From NCBI GenBank assembly GCA_002499195.1, contig DAKS01000018.1, positions 24,905-88,904 of the forward strand: a DNA stretch of 64,000 nt, in the 5' to 3' direction. Shown piece after piece: positions 36,651 to 44,779 of the stretch. Made by a program: the position numbers and the translations under genes. Source of the DNA: Euryarchaeota archaeon UBA443 (GTDB taxonomy: Archaea; Thermoplasmatota; Poseidoniia; Poseidoniales; Poseidoniaceae). A model generated the notes under the pieces. That model had not been told where the DNA came from. It ran no database searches and saw nothing but the letters and a program-made list of their open reading frames with translations. Position 1 is the stretch's first letter, and each line of letters starts with the position of its first letter.

Positions 36651-37141
36651 ATGTCAAACACAACATCACTGTACCATCCAGGTCCTTCGAATGTTGGTAC
36701 TTCCTTCCATGGTGAGTTGAGAATTTGCCCTGCCAATACTTCTGATACGACTAGATCTTGGCGTGTCACTGCTTTTATTTCGACCTCCTTTTCAATATGA
36801 TTGGATGAAATCCAACGAACTTGTGCTTCCAAAACAAGTCCACTTTCTTGTTCCTGAATTTTGATTGAACTATCGACCAGCCACTTCTCTTCGACCTCAT
36901 CCTTGAAGAGAATTTCTTCGAGCCATTGGACAAGGAGTAGCCCATTCGAATCATCATGCAGTGGTACCTGAACGGTCCAAACTGCTGAATGATGGATTGC
37001 ATCTGGTGGTATTTGACTCTCCAACAAGTAGGCTTGCATGCCCATAGCAGTTTCTTCGAACAATCTTGCACGCGTAGTTGCAAATGAGCGCAAGCCAACA
37101 TCCGCCGTAGTTGGCCTTGGCCATGAACTCACAATCACCAC
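36647..37141 (-). CDS. Archease (RtcB tRNA-ligase activator family)
   Basis: PTTADVGLRSFATTRARLFEETAMGMQAYLL matches the archease HTAD.G.....tleelFe.aa.gm signature. The C-terminal KAVTRQDLVV....W...VVFDI matches the conserved end. Start placed at the GTG cluster (37141/37138/37132) just after the upstream TGA rather than at 37192. Confidence 0.75.
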   Translation of the reverse strand: MVIVSSWPRPTTADVGLRSFATTRARLFEETAMGMQAYLLESQIPPDAIHHSAVWTVQVPLHDDSNGLLLVQWLEEILFKDEVEEKWLVDSSIKIQEQESGLVLEAQVRWISSNHIEKEVEIKAVTRQDLVVSEVLAGQILNSPWKEVPTFEGPGWYSDVVFDI

Positions 37142-37142
37142 C

Positions 37143-38204
37143 TCAACGCTTCGATACTTGAAGGGACCATGCAATGTCGCCAATTCGATCAATCATATCG
37201 TCTAATCGAAGAACAAATCGGTCTGTACGATCCGCAATAAGGATACATTCACTTGCTGCATTAGCAAGTTGTGCTGTTTCTTCGACAGAAAGATCGAGTG
37301 CAATCGCTGTAGCAACTGCAACTGCAGCAGCATCGATCAAACCGATCATTTGCCGAATCTCTTCAAGCATACATTGAACATGCACCGTATCTTCATCTTT
37401 TGAGTGAATGGTAACTCCATCTTGTCCTTCAAGAATCAGTAAGTGTTTCCATTCATTTGTCTCAAGAAGCATCGCTGCCGCTTCAGCACCTGTTGAAGCA
37501 CCTAAGCGACGGCGCATCAATTCCAATCCCTTTGATTGGAACAAGATCCAATCGACACCTTGGGTTCGATGAAGTCCAGTGAGTTTTGGATCAGCAATGA
37601 TTGGAACCTCATGTTCCTTTGCTGCCTTGATGAGACGTTCTGCACCATTATCGTCTAAGACTCCAAGACCATAATCCGATAGGATGAGGCAAGAAGAATT
37701 TGGAATTGCTTCTATCGTACGATCGATCAGAGTGGTCAAAGCCGAAGAGGGAATTGGTTCATCATCTTCAATATCCCATCGAAGAAGGAGTTGCTCCCCC
37801 TTAACCAATCCTTCGCGAGCACCTAGGAGTCGTGTTTTAACAGTGGTAGTTCTATCCTCAAGGACGGCAATACCCGATGTATCGACTCCCTCTTCTTCAA
37901 GCATTTCAAGAATTGCAAGGCCAGAATCGTCATCACCTACTACACCATGTAAATGACTCTTCAATCCAAGCGAATCAAGACCACGCGCAACATGGGCTGC
38001 AGCACCTACATCAACATCTCTGGAAATCTCTTTGAGAACTGGAACAGGAGCTCTTGAATTCAGATTGTTCGCAAAACCATGAATGTAACAATCCATCATC
38101 ACGTCCCCTACGAGTAAAACCTTGGATGGTTCCATGTTCTTCAAACCACGTTCCAATTTTTTCAAAGCGTCGTGGACCTTTGCATCATCATCACTCATAC
38201 CCAT
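37143..38204 (-). CDS. PfkB-family carbohydrate kinase, RfaE/HldE domain-I-like, with degenerate catalytic motif
   Basis: VLLVGDVMMDCYIHG....RAPVPVL......GAAAHVA mirrors the HldE kinase N-terminus (ILVVGDVMLDRYWYG...EAPVPVV...GGAANVA). Where the family has DVTGAGD the sequence reads MIGLIDA, so the Asp is kept but the GAG anion hole is lost. Confidence 0.65.
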   Translation of the reverse strand: MGMSDDDAKVHDALKKLERGLKNMEPSKVLLVGDVMMDCYIHGFANNLNSRAPVPVLKEISRDVDVGAAAHVARGLDSLGLKSHLHGVVGDDDSGLAILEMLEEEGVDTSGIAVLEDRTTTVKTRLLGAREGLVKGEQLLLRWDIEDDEPIPSSALTTLIDRTIEAIPNSSCLILSDYGLGVLDDNGAERLIKAAKEHEVPIIADPKLTGLHRTQGVDWILFQSKGLELMRRRLGASTGAEAAAMLLETNEWKHLLILEGQDGVTIHSKDEDTVHVQCMLEEIRQMIGLIDAAAVAVATAIALDLSVEETAQLANAASECILIADRTDRFVLRLDDMIDRIGDIAWSLQVSKR

Positions 38205-38207
38205 TAT

Positions 38208-39170
38208 TTATTCCTCCATTGCATCTTGTAATTCAGCGAGTAGCATCGCATGTTCCTGTTCACTAATTCCAGTTTCTTTTCTTAGCGTTTCTAGCATTGC
38301 AGATTCATCGTTCGTTATGACTCCGTCAATGAGAGCAGTCTTCAACACCGAGCGATATGCCTCCAATTCTGGTGTGATATAGGGTTGCTGTTTAGCCTGC
38401 CTGAGAATTCTTTCATGCGTGTTTGAATCAATATCAAATGCAATTTGGACCGTCTGAAGAAGGGCTTCCTCTTCTTCGTGAATAACTCCATCAACCAATG
38501 CTTGGCGCAGCATGTCAAGATAGATTTCTTCGGGCGGTGGAACGTCGATTTCACGACGCGCTTCATTCGACAATCGCCGTACACGATCTGGATGCATGCC
38601 AAGAAAATCAACGACTTCATTGAGTAAGAGTTGCTCATCCTTTGTTATCCGCCCATCTTGCCATGCTCGAGCAAACAAACGTCGTACCAATGATTCACCT
38701 GCTTGTGCATCCAAAGATGCTGAACCCTCTGGATGTGAAACAGGAGACATAACCGGTTCAGAATGGGCGACCATATGTTCATCGATGTGTGCAAGAGTTT
38801 CTAGGGTGTCTTGTGAACTTGATAGCAAGGATTCCAGCAGTACAGTCGTACCATTACTTTGGACCGGGGTGGACTTGATCTTCTTGAGAATTGACTGAGC
38901 ACTTTCACGTCCTTGATTGGTAAGAGAATATACACGTCGTCGTTGGCGTGCACCCGGAACATGTCGACTCGTTGTGTTGAGAAAGGATTTCCCTTCAAGG
39001 CGCTTTAAGGTCCGAGGGACGTGTTTTCTTTGTACATGGACAGCTGCAGAGATACCCGCTTGCGTAAGTGCCATGGGCGCTTCCCAATTATTTTCAGGAA
39101 GTTGGTGGTCGAGAAGATGAAGAAGCATTCGCTCTTCCGTGGTAAGTGTTCCTAAGAACCCGCTAACCAT
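38208..39170 (-). CDS. Winged-helix DNA-binding protein with three TerB-like repeats
   Basis: The N-terminus LTTEERMLLHLL....ALTQAGISAAVHVQRKHVPRTLKRLEGKSFL....RRRVYSLTNQG is wHTH-like. The C-terminal half has three repeats of DG-x-I-x-x-x-E-x-x-L-L (DGRITKDEQLLL, DGVIHEEEEALL, DGVITNDESAML). Confidence 0.5.
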   Translation of the reverse strand: MVSGFLGTLTTEERMLLHLLDHQLPENNWEAPMALTQAGISAAVHVQRKHVPRTLKRLEGKSFLNTTSRHVPGARQRRRVYSLTNQGRESAQSILKKIKSTPVQSNGTTVLLESLLSSSQDTLETLAHIDEHMVAHSEPVMSPVSHPEGSASLDAQAGESLVRRLFARAWQDGRITKDEQLLLNEVVDFLGMHPDRVRRLSNEARREIDVPPPEEIYLDMLRQALVDGVIHEEEEALLQTVQIAFDIDSNTHERILRQAKQQPYITPELEAYRSVLKTALIDGVITNDESAMLETLRKETGISEQEHAMLLAELQDAMEE

Positions 39171-39234
39171 ACTGCTCCCCGTTTTGTATGTCAGGGTGGT
39201 AGTCCTTAGGACAATCGGTCATCGACGCAACAAT

Positions 39235-40368
39235 ATGGGGGGAATCTCAGGAGGAAACATGGTCCGGCAACGTCGAAAGTTCAAGCCTAGGGCAAGAACT
39301 TCTCGTAATTTGGACCTTGAATCTGCCGATTCGGATGAGAAACTCAAGATACAGGCACCGATCGAGGATGGCAGATTCTGGAAAATACCCCCTCCTCTTT
39401 CAATACGATTGTATGAAAAAAGTGCTCTCGGCCATCGACACGAAGATGGATCGATTACATTGACTGCATCAGAGGTATTGTTCTGTCATTGGCATCGGCA
39501 TGTACCTCTTCCGAACAAAGGTTGGCTTGAATCAGAACTTCTAAAGAATCCACGATTGATTTACGAAGCCATCATTATGGATGTTGGAAGAAATGGTGGG
39601 GAAATGATTGTTCCATCAATACATCGACCTGAGAGTGAACAACTCGCTTGGGGTATCCGTTGGCATCGAGATCGCAATCATCAGAAGGAGAGGTATCAGT
39701 CATCGGTTGCTATAGCAACAACACACGATCGGCTTGAATGGGAGAAACTACTGGATTGGTGTAGAAAATCCAATGGCTTGGATGTTGACGCGGAGTTGTT
39801 TGTAATCGATGATGAACTTGATGTGACTATGTACAAAATAGATTTGATTCATCCCAAGGGTGATTTGTTATGTTGGAATGATCTATCGCAACATGAAAAG
39901 GATACGTTCCTTGAAAATTGGAACAACAAAACTCCAACCGAATCTGGAAGTTATGTTCGACATTCAGATACTTGGAGTTGGGACCAAATCGGTATTGAGC
40001 ATATGTCTGGGCGTGTTCTCCGCCAAGAAGAAGATACGTACATTCAGCAGATGATTACTCAAGAAAAAGAGCCATCCTCGGATTCTCTTCTGATGCATGA
40101 TCTACTTGGTCGCGGTTTGTTGTTGCGTCCAGGATTCAAGTATGGCTGTCGGTGGAGGGTTTACGATGGTGATTTGAATGAATCTCACGCCCCATGGTTG
40201 ATTCAGCCAAAGAAAGAAGCATCATCAACATGGGAGGGTGTATGTCTTAGTGTACGTCTTGCTGAAGGAGTTCACAAACAATGGATTTGTGCGATTCCCG
40301 ATGACTTAGGATGGAATTATCTACGCATTCAAAGGTGGTTGCCAGGTAAGAATTCTTCATCGGAATAG
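39235..40368 (+). CDS. endA: tRNA-splicing endonuclease, two-unit (alpha2-type) form
   Basis: The C-terminal unit RPGFKYGCRWRVYDGDLNESHAPWLI....LSVRLAEGVHKQ carries the Tyr/His/Lys catalytic pattern of EndA (G.KFG.DF.vY...HS..lv...K). The N-terminal half looks like a degenerate second unit. Start set at the ATG at 39235 to avoid divergent overlap; 39259 is also possible. Confidence 0.6.
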   Translation: MGGISGGNMVRQRRKFKPRARTSRNLDLESADSDEKLKIQAPIEDGRFWKIPPPLSIRLYEKSALGHRHEDGSITLTASEVLFCHWHRHVPLPNKGWLESELLKNPRLIYEAIIMDVGRNGGEMIVPSIHRPESEQLAWGIRWHRDRNHQKERYQSSVAIATTHDRLEWEKLLDWCRKSNGLDVDAELFVIDDELDVTMYKIDLIHPKGDLLCWNDLSQHEKDTFLENWNNKTPTESGSYVRHSDTWSWDQIGIEHMSGRVLRQEEDTYIQQMITQEKEPSSDSLLMHDLLGRGLLLRPGFKYGCRWRVYDGDLNESHAPWLIQPKKEASSTWEGVCLSVRLAEGVHKQWICAIPDDLGWNYLRIQRWLPGKNSSSE

Positions 40369-42392
40369 ACTTGCTGTTCAACATCGATTTCAGCCTTCTT
40401 TTTCTTTCCAAAGAGGGATGTTGCAAACCATGCAGCAAAGACAATGAAAAAGGTGCTAAAGACAAAAGATTGGTTGCCGATAAGGAATAGATCGTCTTCA
40501 CTTGTTGCTTTCAATTCAACGTCGATTGTCCAATGTTCTCCATTAAAAGCCTCAAGATGTATCGTTCCAAGAACATACATATTCTCTTGCAGTAATCCTT
40601 GAGGTTCGATTTCTAAGGTGATGCTTCCATTACCATTATCGACTCGAACGCTGGGATTAGCAGTAGCAACCCTTGACAAGGGGCCAGCTATTTCTATTGT
40701 AAATTCTCCAGAACCAACTCCTTCTCCAATGTAGGGAATAATCAATATTGTTGGCTTATCGACATTGATAGTATCAACAAGTTCCATTTCGTTAGTATTC
40801 GGAATTGTACCGAGTGTTGAGATGGTAGTCTTGATATCAAACACATCATTTTGGCAGTGGATAAGCCCTGAAAACGTAGCCGTTGAATCAAGCATTCCTT
40901 GCGATGAGAATGTACCAAAGTGCAACGAATTTGAATTTGAGTTATTGCTAAATTCTATTGTTCGGCCATCAGTACCATTCAATGACCCCCAACATTGTAT
41001 CTCATCTTCACTGTTGATTATCTCAAGAACAAATTGCTCATCTTGCAATAGGGATGAACCAAAGTTTTTCAAATCGATATCGTAGGTTGGAGAACAATTC
41101 AATGAATGGAATTCTACATCCCATTGACCATCATTGTCAACGATACGTGCATGCCATGGAACAAGAACACCGTCATGGTCACGGATAAGTATGCCACGTT
41201 CTCCAAACTCATCTCCGGGTTGGAACAAATCACCTGCAACACCATCATTGATGCCCTTGAGTTGTTCTTGATTACCATCCGCCTCAATTGCCTTAAGATA
41301 GGGTCTTCGTTGGTCGATATTCATAGCATTATGAGCTGAATCTCCAGCGGCCCAATCTTCTAGGAGAACGAGTACTCCCTCGCCAGGTAACGATTGATCA
41401 TACCCTTGTTGAGTTCGTTTTTCAATCCAAACAAACTCATCTTCAGAAATTTGAATTCGTATTCGATCACCTCCGAGTGTGCGTGAATCGATGCTTACGG
41501 TTGGTCCAATACAGGGTCCAGGAGATCCTGATGGCCATTGTAAGTTTACGTCTCGTGTCGCAGCATGGCCAATTGCCGCCATAGTAGGACCCGTTGGCAG
41601 AGCAGGTGTATCGCCTCCTCCATTCCAATTTCCACTCGCCATGATGTCCCACACTCCGATACCTTTCCAAGAACCAGAGTATCCAGAATCATGGACGGGA
41701 TAGAGGTCAAATGCTCCAAACTGGTGCATCATCTCATGCAAAATCGTACCGAATCCATTTTCGCCATGTCGCATTGATGACATAGTATAGTGTTCAAAGG
41801 AATATTCGCCCTTATCCAACGGTTCTGAGAAGGATGTAAAATGTGACCAAATACGATTTGACGAACCTGAACCTTGTTCTTGAGCCAGTGTTGAATGCAG
41901 AATTAGGAACCGATCAATTACACGATCATCATTCAAATCATATTGTTCGAATGATTCCTGTTCAAGAGATGTTACAACGAATTCAGCAAGTTGAGCAGGT
42001 AAAAAATCAGTTCCACCTCCATAATCACGTCCATTCGCTCCATCTTCCCCATATGCAGAAAGTGGTTTTGGTGCTCTGAGGATGTCATTGTAAATCTCGA
42101 TCGATAATTCGACGGAGTTTCCAACCGCCTGCGTAAGATAATCTTCTGAATATAGTTGAAGTTCGTCTTCAATTGTATCCTTTGCATTTTGGTTTAAAGG
42201 ATTAGAATCAAAGTCAACAAGTACAACCAACCACGATTCATTTTGTTGAAGGCCTACCAATGGTGCTGCTGTACTTTCAGAACCTTTGACATCTATCTGA
42301 AACAAGTCATTGATTTGTTCAGAATAGATTTGGGACGCTATCGCCATTACGATGCAAAGGACCATCCCAATTGCATGTCCCCTTTTCCCCAT
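40329..42392 (-). CDS. Secreted zinc metalloprotease, M6 (immune inhibitor A)-like, C-terminal membrane anchor
   Basis: Signal-like N-terminus (GMVLCIVMAIASQIYS). The HEXXH motif sits in TILHEMMHQFGAFDLYP, compared with M6 HE..H..G.PDLY. C-terminal helix FFIVFAAWFATSLF followed by GKKKK. Confidence 0.6.
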   Translation of the reverse strand: MGKRGHAIGMVLCIVMAIASQIYSEQINDLFQIDVKGSESTAAPLVGLQQNESWLVVLVDFDSNPLNQNAKDTIEDELQLYSEDYLTQAVGNSVELSIEIYNDILRAPKPLSAYGEDGANGRDYGGGTDFLPAQLAEFVVTSLEQESFEQYDLNDDRVIDRFLILHSTLAQEQGSGSSNRIWSHFTSFSEPLDKGEYSFEHYTMSSMRHGENGFGTILHEMMHQFGAFDLYPVHDSGYSGSWKGIGVWDIMASGNWNGGGDTPALPTGPTMAAIGHAATRDVNLQWPSGSPGPCIGPTVSIDSRTLGGDRIRIQISEDEFVWIEKRTQQGYDQSLPGEGVLVLLEDWAAGDSAHNAMNIDQRRPYLKAIEADGNQEQLKGINDGVAGDLFQPGDEFGERGILIRDHDGVLVPWHARIVDNDGQWDVEFHSLNCSPTYDIDLKNFGSSLLQDEQFVLEIINSEDEIQCWGSLNGTDGRTIEFSNNSNSNSLHFGTFSSQGMLDSTATFSGLIHCQNDVFDIKTTISTLGTIPNTNEMELVDTINVDKPTILIIPYIGEGVGSGEFTIEIAGPLSRVATANPSVRVDNGNGSITLEIEPQGLLQENMYVLGTIHLEAFNGEHWTIDVELKATSEDDLFLIGNQSFVFSTFFIVFAAWFATSLFGKKKKAEIDVEQQVYSDEEFLPGNHL

Positions 42393-42443
42393 AGTCCTCT
42401 CACAACATTGAATCGTTTCAAGTGTTGGGTCTATTGCTACACT

Positions 42444-43742
42444 TTAAGGCTGCATGGCCCGAAAAGTAGCTAATTCATCATCTGTCCAATTCTTGACAGA
42501 TATTCGCAATACTCCATCTTGCATTTCTGGCCAGATAGATGATTCGACTGGAATGAACTTGCGAACACTTGAATCTTTCATTCGATTTGAGCATGCATCA
42601 ATTCGCTGTGAGGAAGTCCATGGGTCGGTCACATTTTCTAAATGGATTTGGATTTCATCTCTTAATTGCTCATTATTTGATGGCGTAGCACCTTGCATTT
42701 CGAGAAAGTTCAGACCTCGTAAACGACAATTTACCGACTCTACTGATTTTTTAAAATTTGAAGGCAATGGTGATGAATTGCAACCTCCGATGATAACATC
42801 TGTGAGACGGTAACGAGCAATAGCATCGATCAAATGCTCACGTTCATCGATGTTATCACATAATGATTCATATTTGAGCAGACCTGTATTTGCAGGAGAT
42901 GTATCGATTGGAAATGATACTCCTTGACATGAACAATCAACATAGGTTACAAATCTACGTCGCCCTTCATGGTCGAAAAGCGCTTTCGGGCTCATAACCT
43001 CTTTTGATTCCCGTACACTTTTACGAATAGAAAATTCAAGAAACATGATCATTAGGCTTAGGAGAACGATGTTAGTGCCATTCCAACGTCCAGGGAGGGA
43101 AAGCAGTAGGATTACGCCACCAATTCCAAGAACTCGAGTCCTCCACCAATCTTGATTGTTGTCGGTGATTAAACCTAGTGAACCAGCCGTAACCGTTGCA
43201 AAGGAAATAATGTATGTGATTAGAATAGCCCAAAATATGGAAAGAGCAAATGTGAACAAAGAAACAGCATCATATTGAGTACTTAATCCGATTTGTTGGT
43301 GTATTCCATCACCGAATAAATAGAGCAAAGGAATAAGAAAATAGAACAGAATAAAGAGAGACACATAGCCAAGAATTGCAGATGCTACCATCCAACGCTT
43401 CAACATATTTTTCTCACTCTGAGTAAGCCCCGGTCGTGCAAACGTATACATTGAATGTAGAACGAAAGGTAGAATCAATAGGATCGATAAAAACACAGCG
43501 GTTAACCACCGAACAACACTCCAAGACGCAGGCTCATACAAAGTAAGACATGATACGTCATCACATGGATTCAAGTGAGACATTATCGCTTCTAGAAGCA
43601 AGTCAATTTTTGATATAAATGCAAAGGTCAGTATTGCAATAAGCACAAAACCAAGTGTTGCTTTTTGCGTAAGTGCATCGAAGTGAGCCTGAACAGGAAG
43701 TGATGCATCTCGTTCAAGTTGCAATCCTTTGCCCGATGTCAA
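42444..43742 (-). CDS. tatC: TatC-like translocase component fused to a ~190-aa C-terminal cytoplasmic domain of unknown function
   Basis: Residues ~15-245 align over six TM helices with E. coli TatC. For example PFVLHSMYTFARPGLTQSEKNMLKRWMVASAILGYVSLFILFYFLIPLLYLF matches [53 protein letters not shown]. TTG start 9 nt after the upstream stop. Confidence 0.65.
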   Translation of the reverse strand: MTSGKGLQLERDASLPVQAHFDALTQKATLGFVLIAILTFAFISKIDLLLEAIMSHLNPCDDVSCLTLYEPASWSVVRWLTAVFLSILLILPFVLHSMYTFARPGLTQSEKNMLKRWMVASAILGYVSLFILFYFLIPLLYLFGDGIHQQIGLSTQYDAVSLFTFALSIFWAILITYIISFATVTAGSLGLITDNNQDWWRTRVLGIGGVILLLSLPGRWNGTNIVLLSLMIMFLEFSIRKSVRESKEVMSPKALFDHEGRRRFVTYVDCSCQGVSFPIDTSPANTGLLKYESLCDNIDEREHLIDAIARYRLTDVIIGGCNSSPLPSNFKKSVESVNCRLRGLNFLEMQGATPSNNEQLRDEIQIHLENVTDPWTSSQRIDACSNRMKDSSVRKFIPVESSIWPEMQDGVLRISVKNWTDDELATFRAMQP

Positions 43743-43751
43743 AGAACTCCC

Positions 43752-44717
43752 TCACACCAAATCTTGGTGTTCAGGTTCTGTACGAGCTTGTACGATGGTC
43801 CGATAAACACCAAACATACCCCATAGAGTTAGCATTCCTAGAATGAAAGCATATCCCCATGGCTGGCCATCATCGACTGCCCAACCGAATGCTAGAAGCA
43901 CAGCAAGTGTCAGGATGCCTCTTCGGATTCCTTGTGGAACGGCAAGCCGCATATCAAGATGCTTCGGACCACCTCCAAATCGGCGCTCATAGAATTCTCC
44001 TTGAACAACAGCACCTATCAGAATAATGGACAAAGTTGTCCAATAGAAGAGGTTCCCATTTGCAAAGAAATCATGTGCAATTTCAGCTTGTCGTTCTGCT
44101 TCAAGTGCTTCATGATCTTCCTCTGCTACAAACAGTGATTCGAAGTCTCCTACACTGATTGTTCGAAGTGCAAGATTCTCTTCATCATCATTGGTCATGG
44201 TCTCTGGTGATGAGATGAAGAAGGACAAAAGATTCCAATTGTCGCCTGCATTTGCTCCATCCATACCATCAACTGCATTTCCTGCAAGAGAAAAGGAAAC
44301 ATCGCCAACGTCACTTGATGGAGCGGTCCAGGTGATGACCCAATCATTGCTTGGAGCTGCTTGCGAGACTGCGCCAGGTTCCGAACCATCAGTATTTGTT
44401 ACGATTTGCGAGCCTTCACCAGCTGTAAACGTACCAACTCCGTAATCGGTTAGCAAAAATCCACCGTTCTCGTAGGACGCATGTTGAAGATTAACGGTAA
44501 AATTGTAGGATTCCCCTAATGTATATGCACGAGGAATGCCTGAAATTGAAACCACGACATCGTTTGAAGGAACTCCATCTCCGTGGCAACTACAACCTGT
44601 CTCGACGGTTAGTCCCCCACTGATCGGATTATCCCAAGGCGGACCGTTAGGATTGGCTACAACAGGTGCTAGGAGACAAATCGATAGCAGTAAAATGAGA
44701 AGTGTTCTCGACTTCAT
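43752..44717 (-). CDS. Exported reeler/DOMON-like beta-sandwich protein with Cys-x-Cys-His motif and three C-terminal TM helices
   Basis: Signal peptide LLILLLSICLLAPVVANP, then GGLTVETGCSCHGDG. A beta-rich region (ISGIPRAYTLGESYNFTVNL, WVITWTAPSS, VSFSLAGNAVDG) resembles the bacterial reeler-like families I recall, which carry C..CH and AGNAANG motifs. Three hydrophobic helices at the C-terminus. Confidence 0.45.
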   Translation of the reverse strand: MKSRTLLILLLSICLLAPVVANPNGPPWDNPISGGLTVETGCSCHGDGVPSNDVVVSISGIPRAYTLGESYNFTVNLQHASYENGGFLLTDYGVGTFTAGEGSQIVTNTDGSEPGAVSQAAPSNDWVITWTAPSSDVGDVSFSLAGNAVDGMDGANAGDNWNLLSFFISSPETMTNDDEENLALRTISVGDFESLFVAEEDHEALEAERQAEIAHDFFANGNLFYWTTLSIILIGAVVQGEFYERRFGGGPKHLDMRLAVPQGIRRGILTLAVLLAFGWAVDDGQPWGYAFILGMLTLWGMFGVYRTIVQARTEPEHQDLV

Positions 44718-44779
44718 GTTATCCTCTCCGTTTTAGCCACTCCTATTCATGCTTTCAACGTTCCTTTAAGACCAAGGAA

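Noticed and set aside
36391-36715. Two overlapping ORFs of 92 and 86 aa in the GC-rich block
   Set aside because: The region folds as an SRP RNA with helices 5, 6 and 8 identifiable. The ORFs are Arg/Gly/Pro-rich artefacts of GC-rich RNA sequence.
44580-44600. GCSCH read as a c-type heme attachment site
   Set aside because: Covalent heme sites are CXXCH, or rarely CX3-4CH or CXXCK. C-x-C-H has only one intervening residue, so I do not call it a cytochrome c. It is kept only as a possible metal or cofactor ligand cluster in the finding for that gene.
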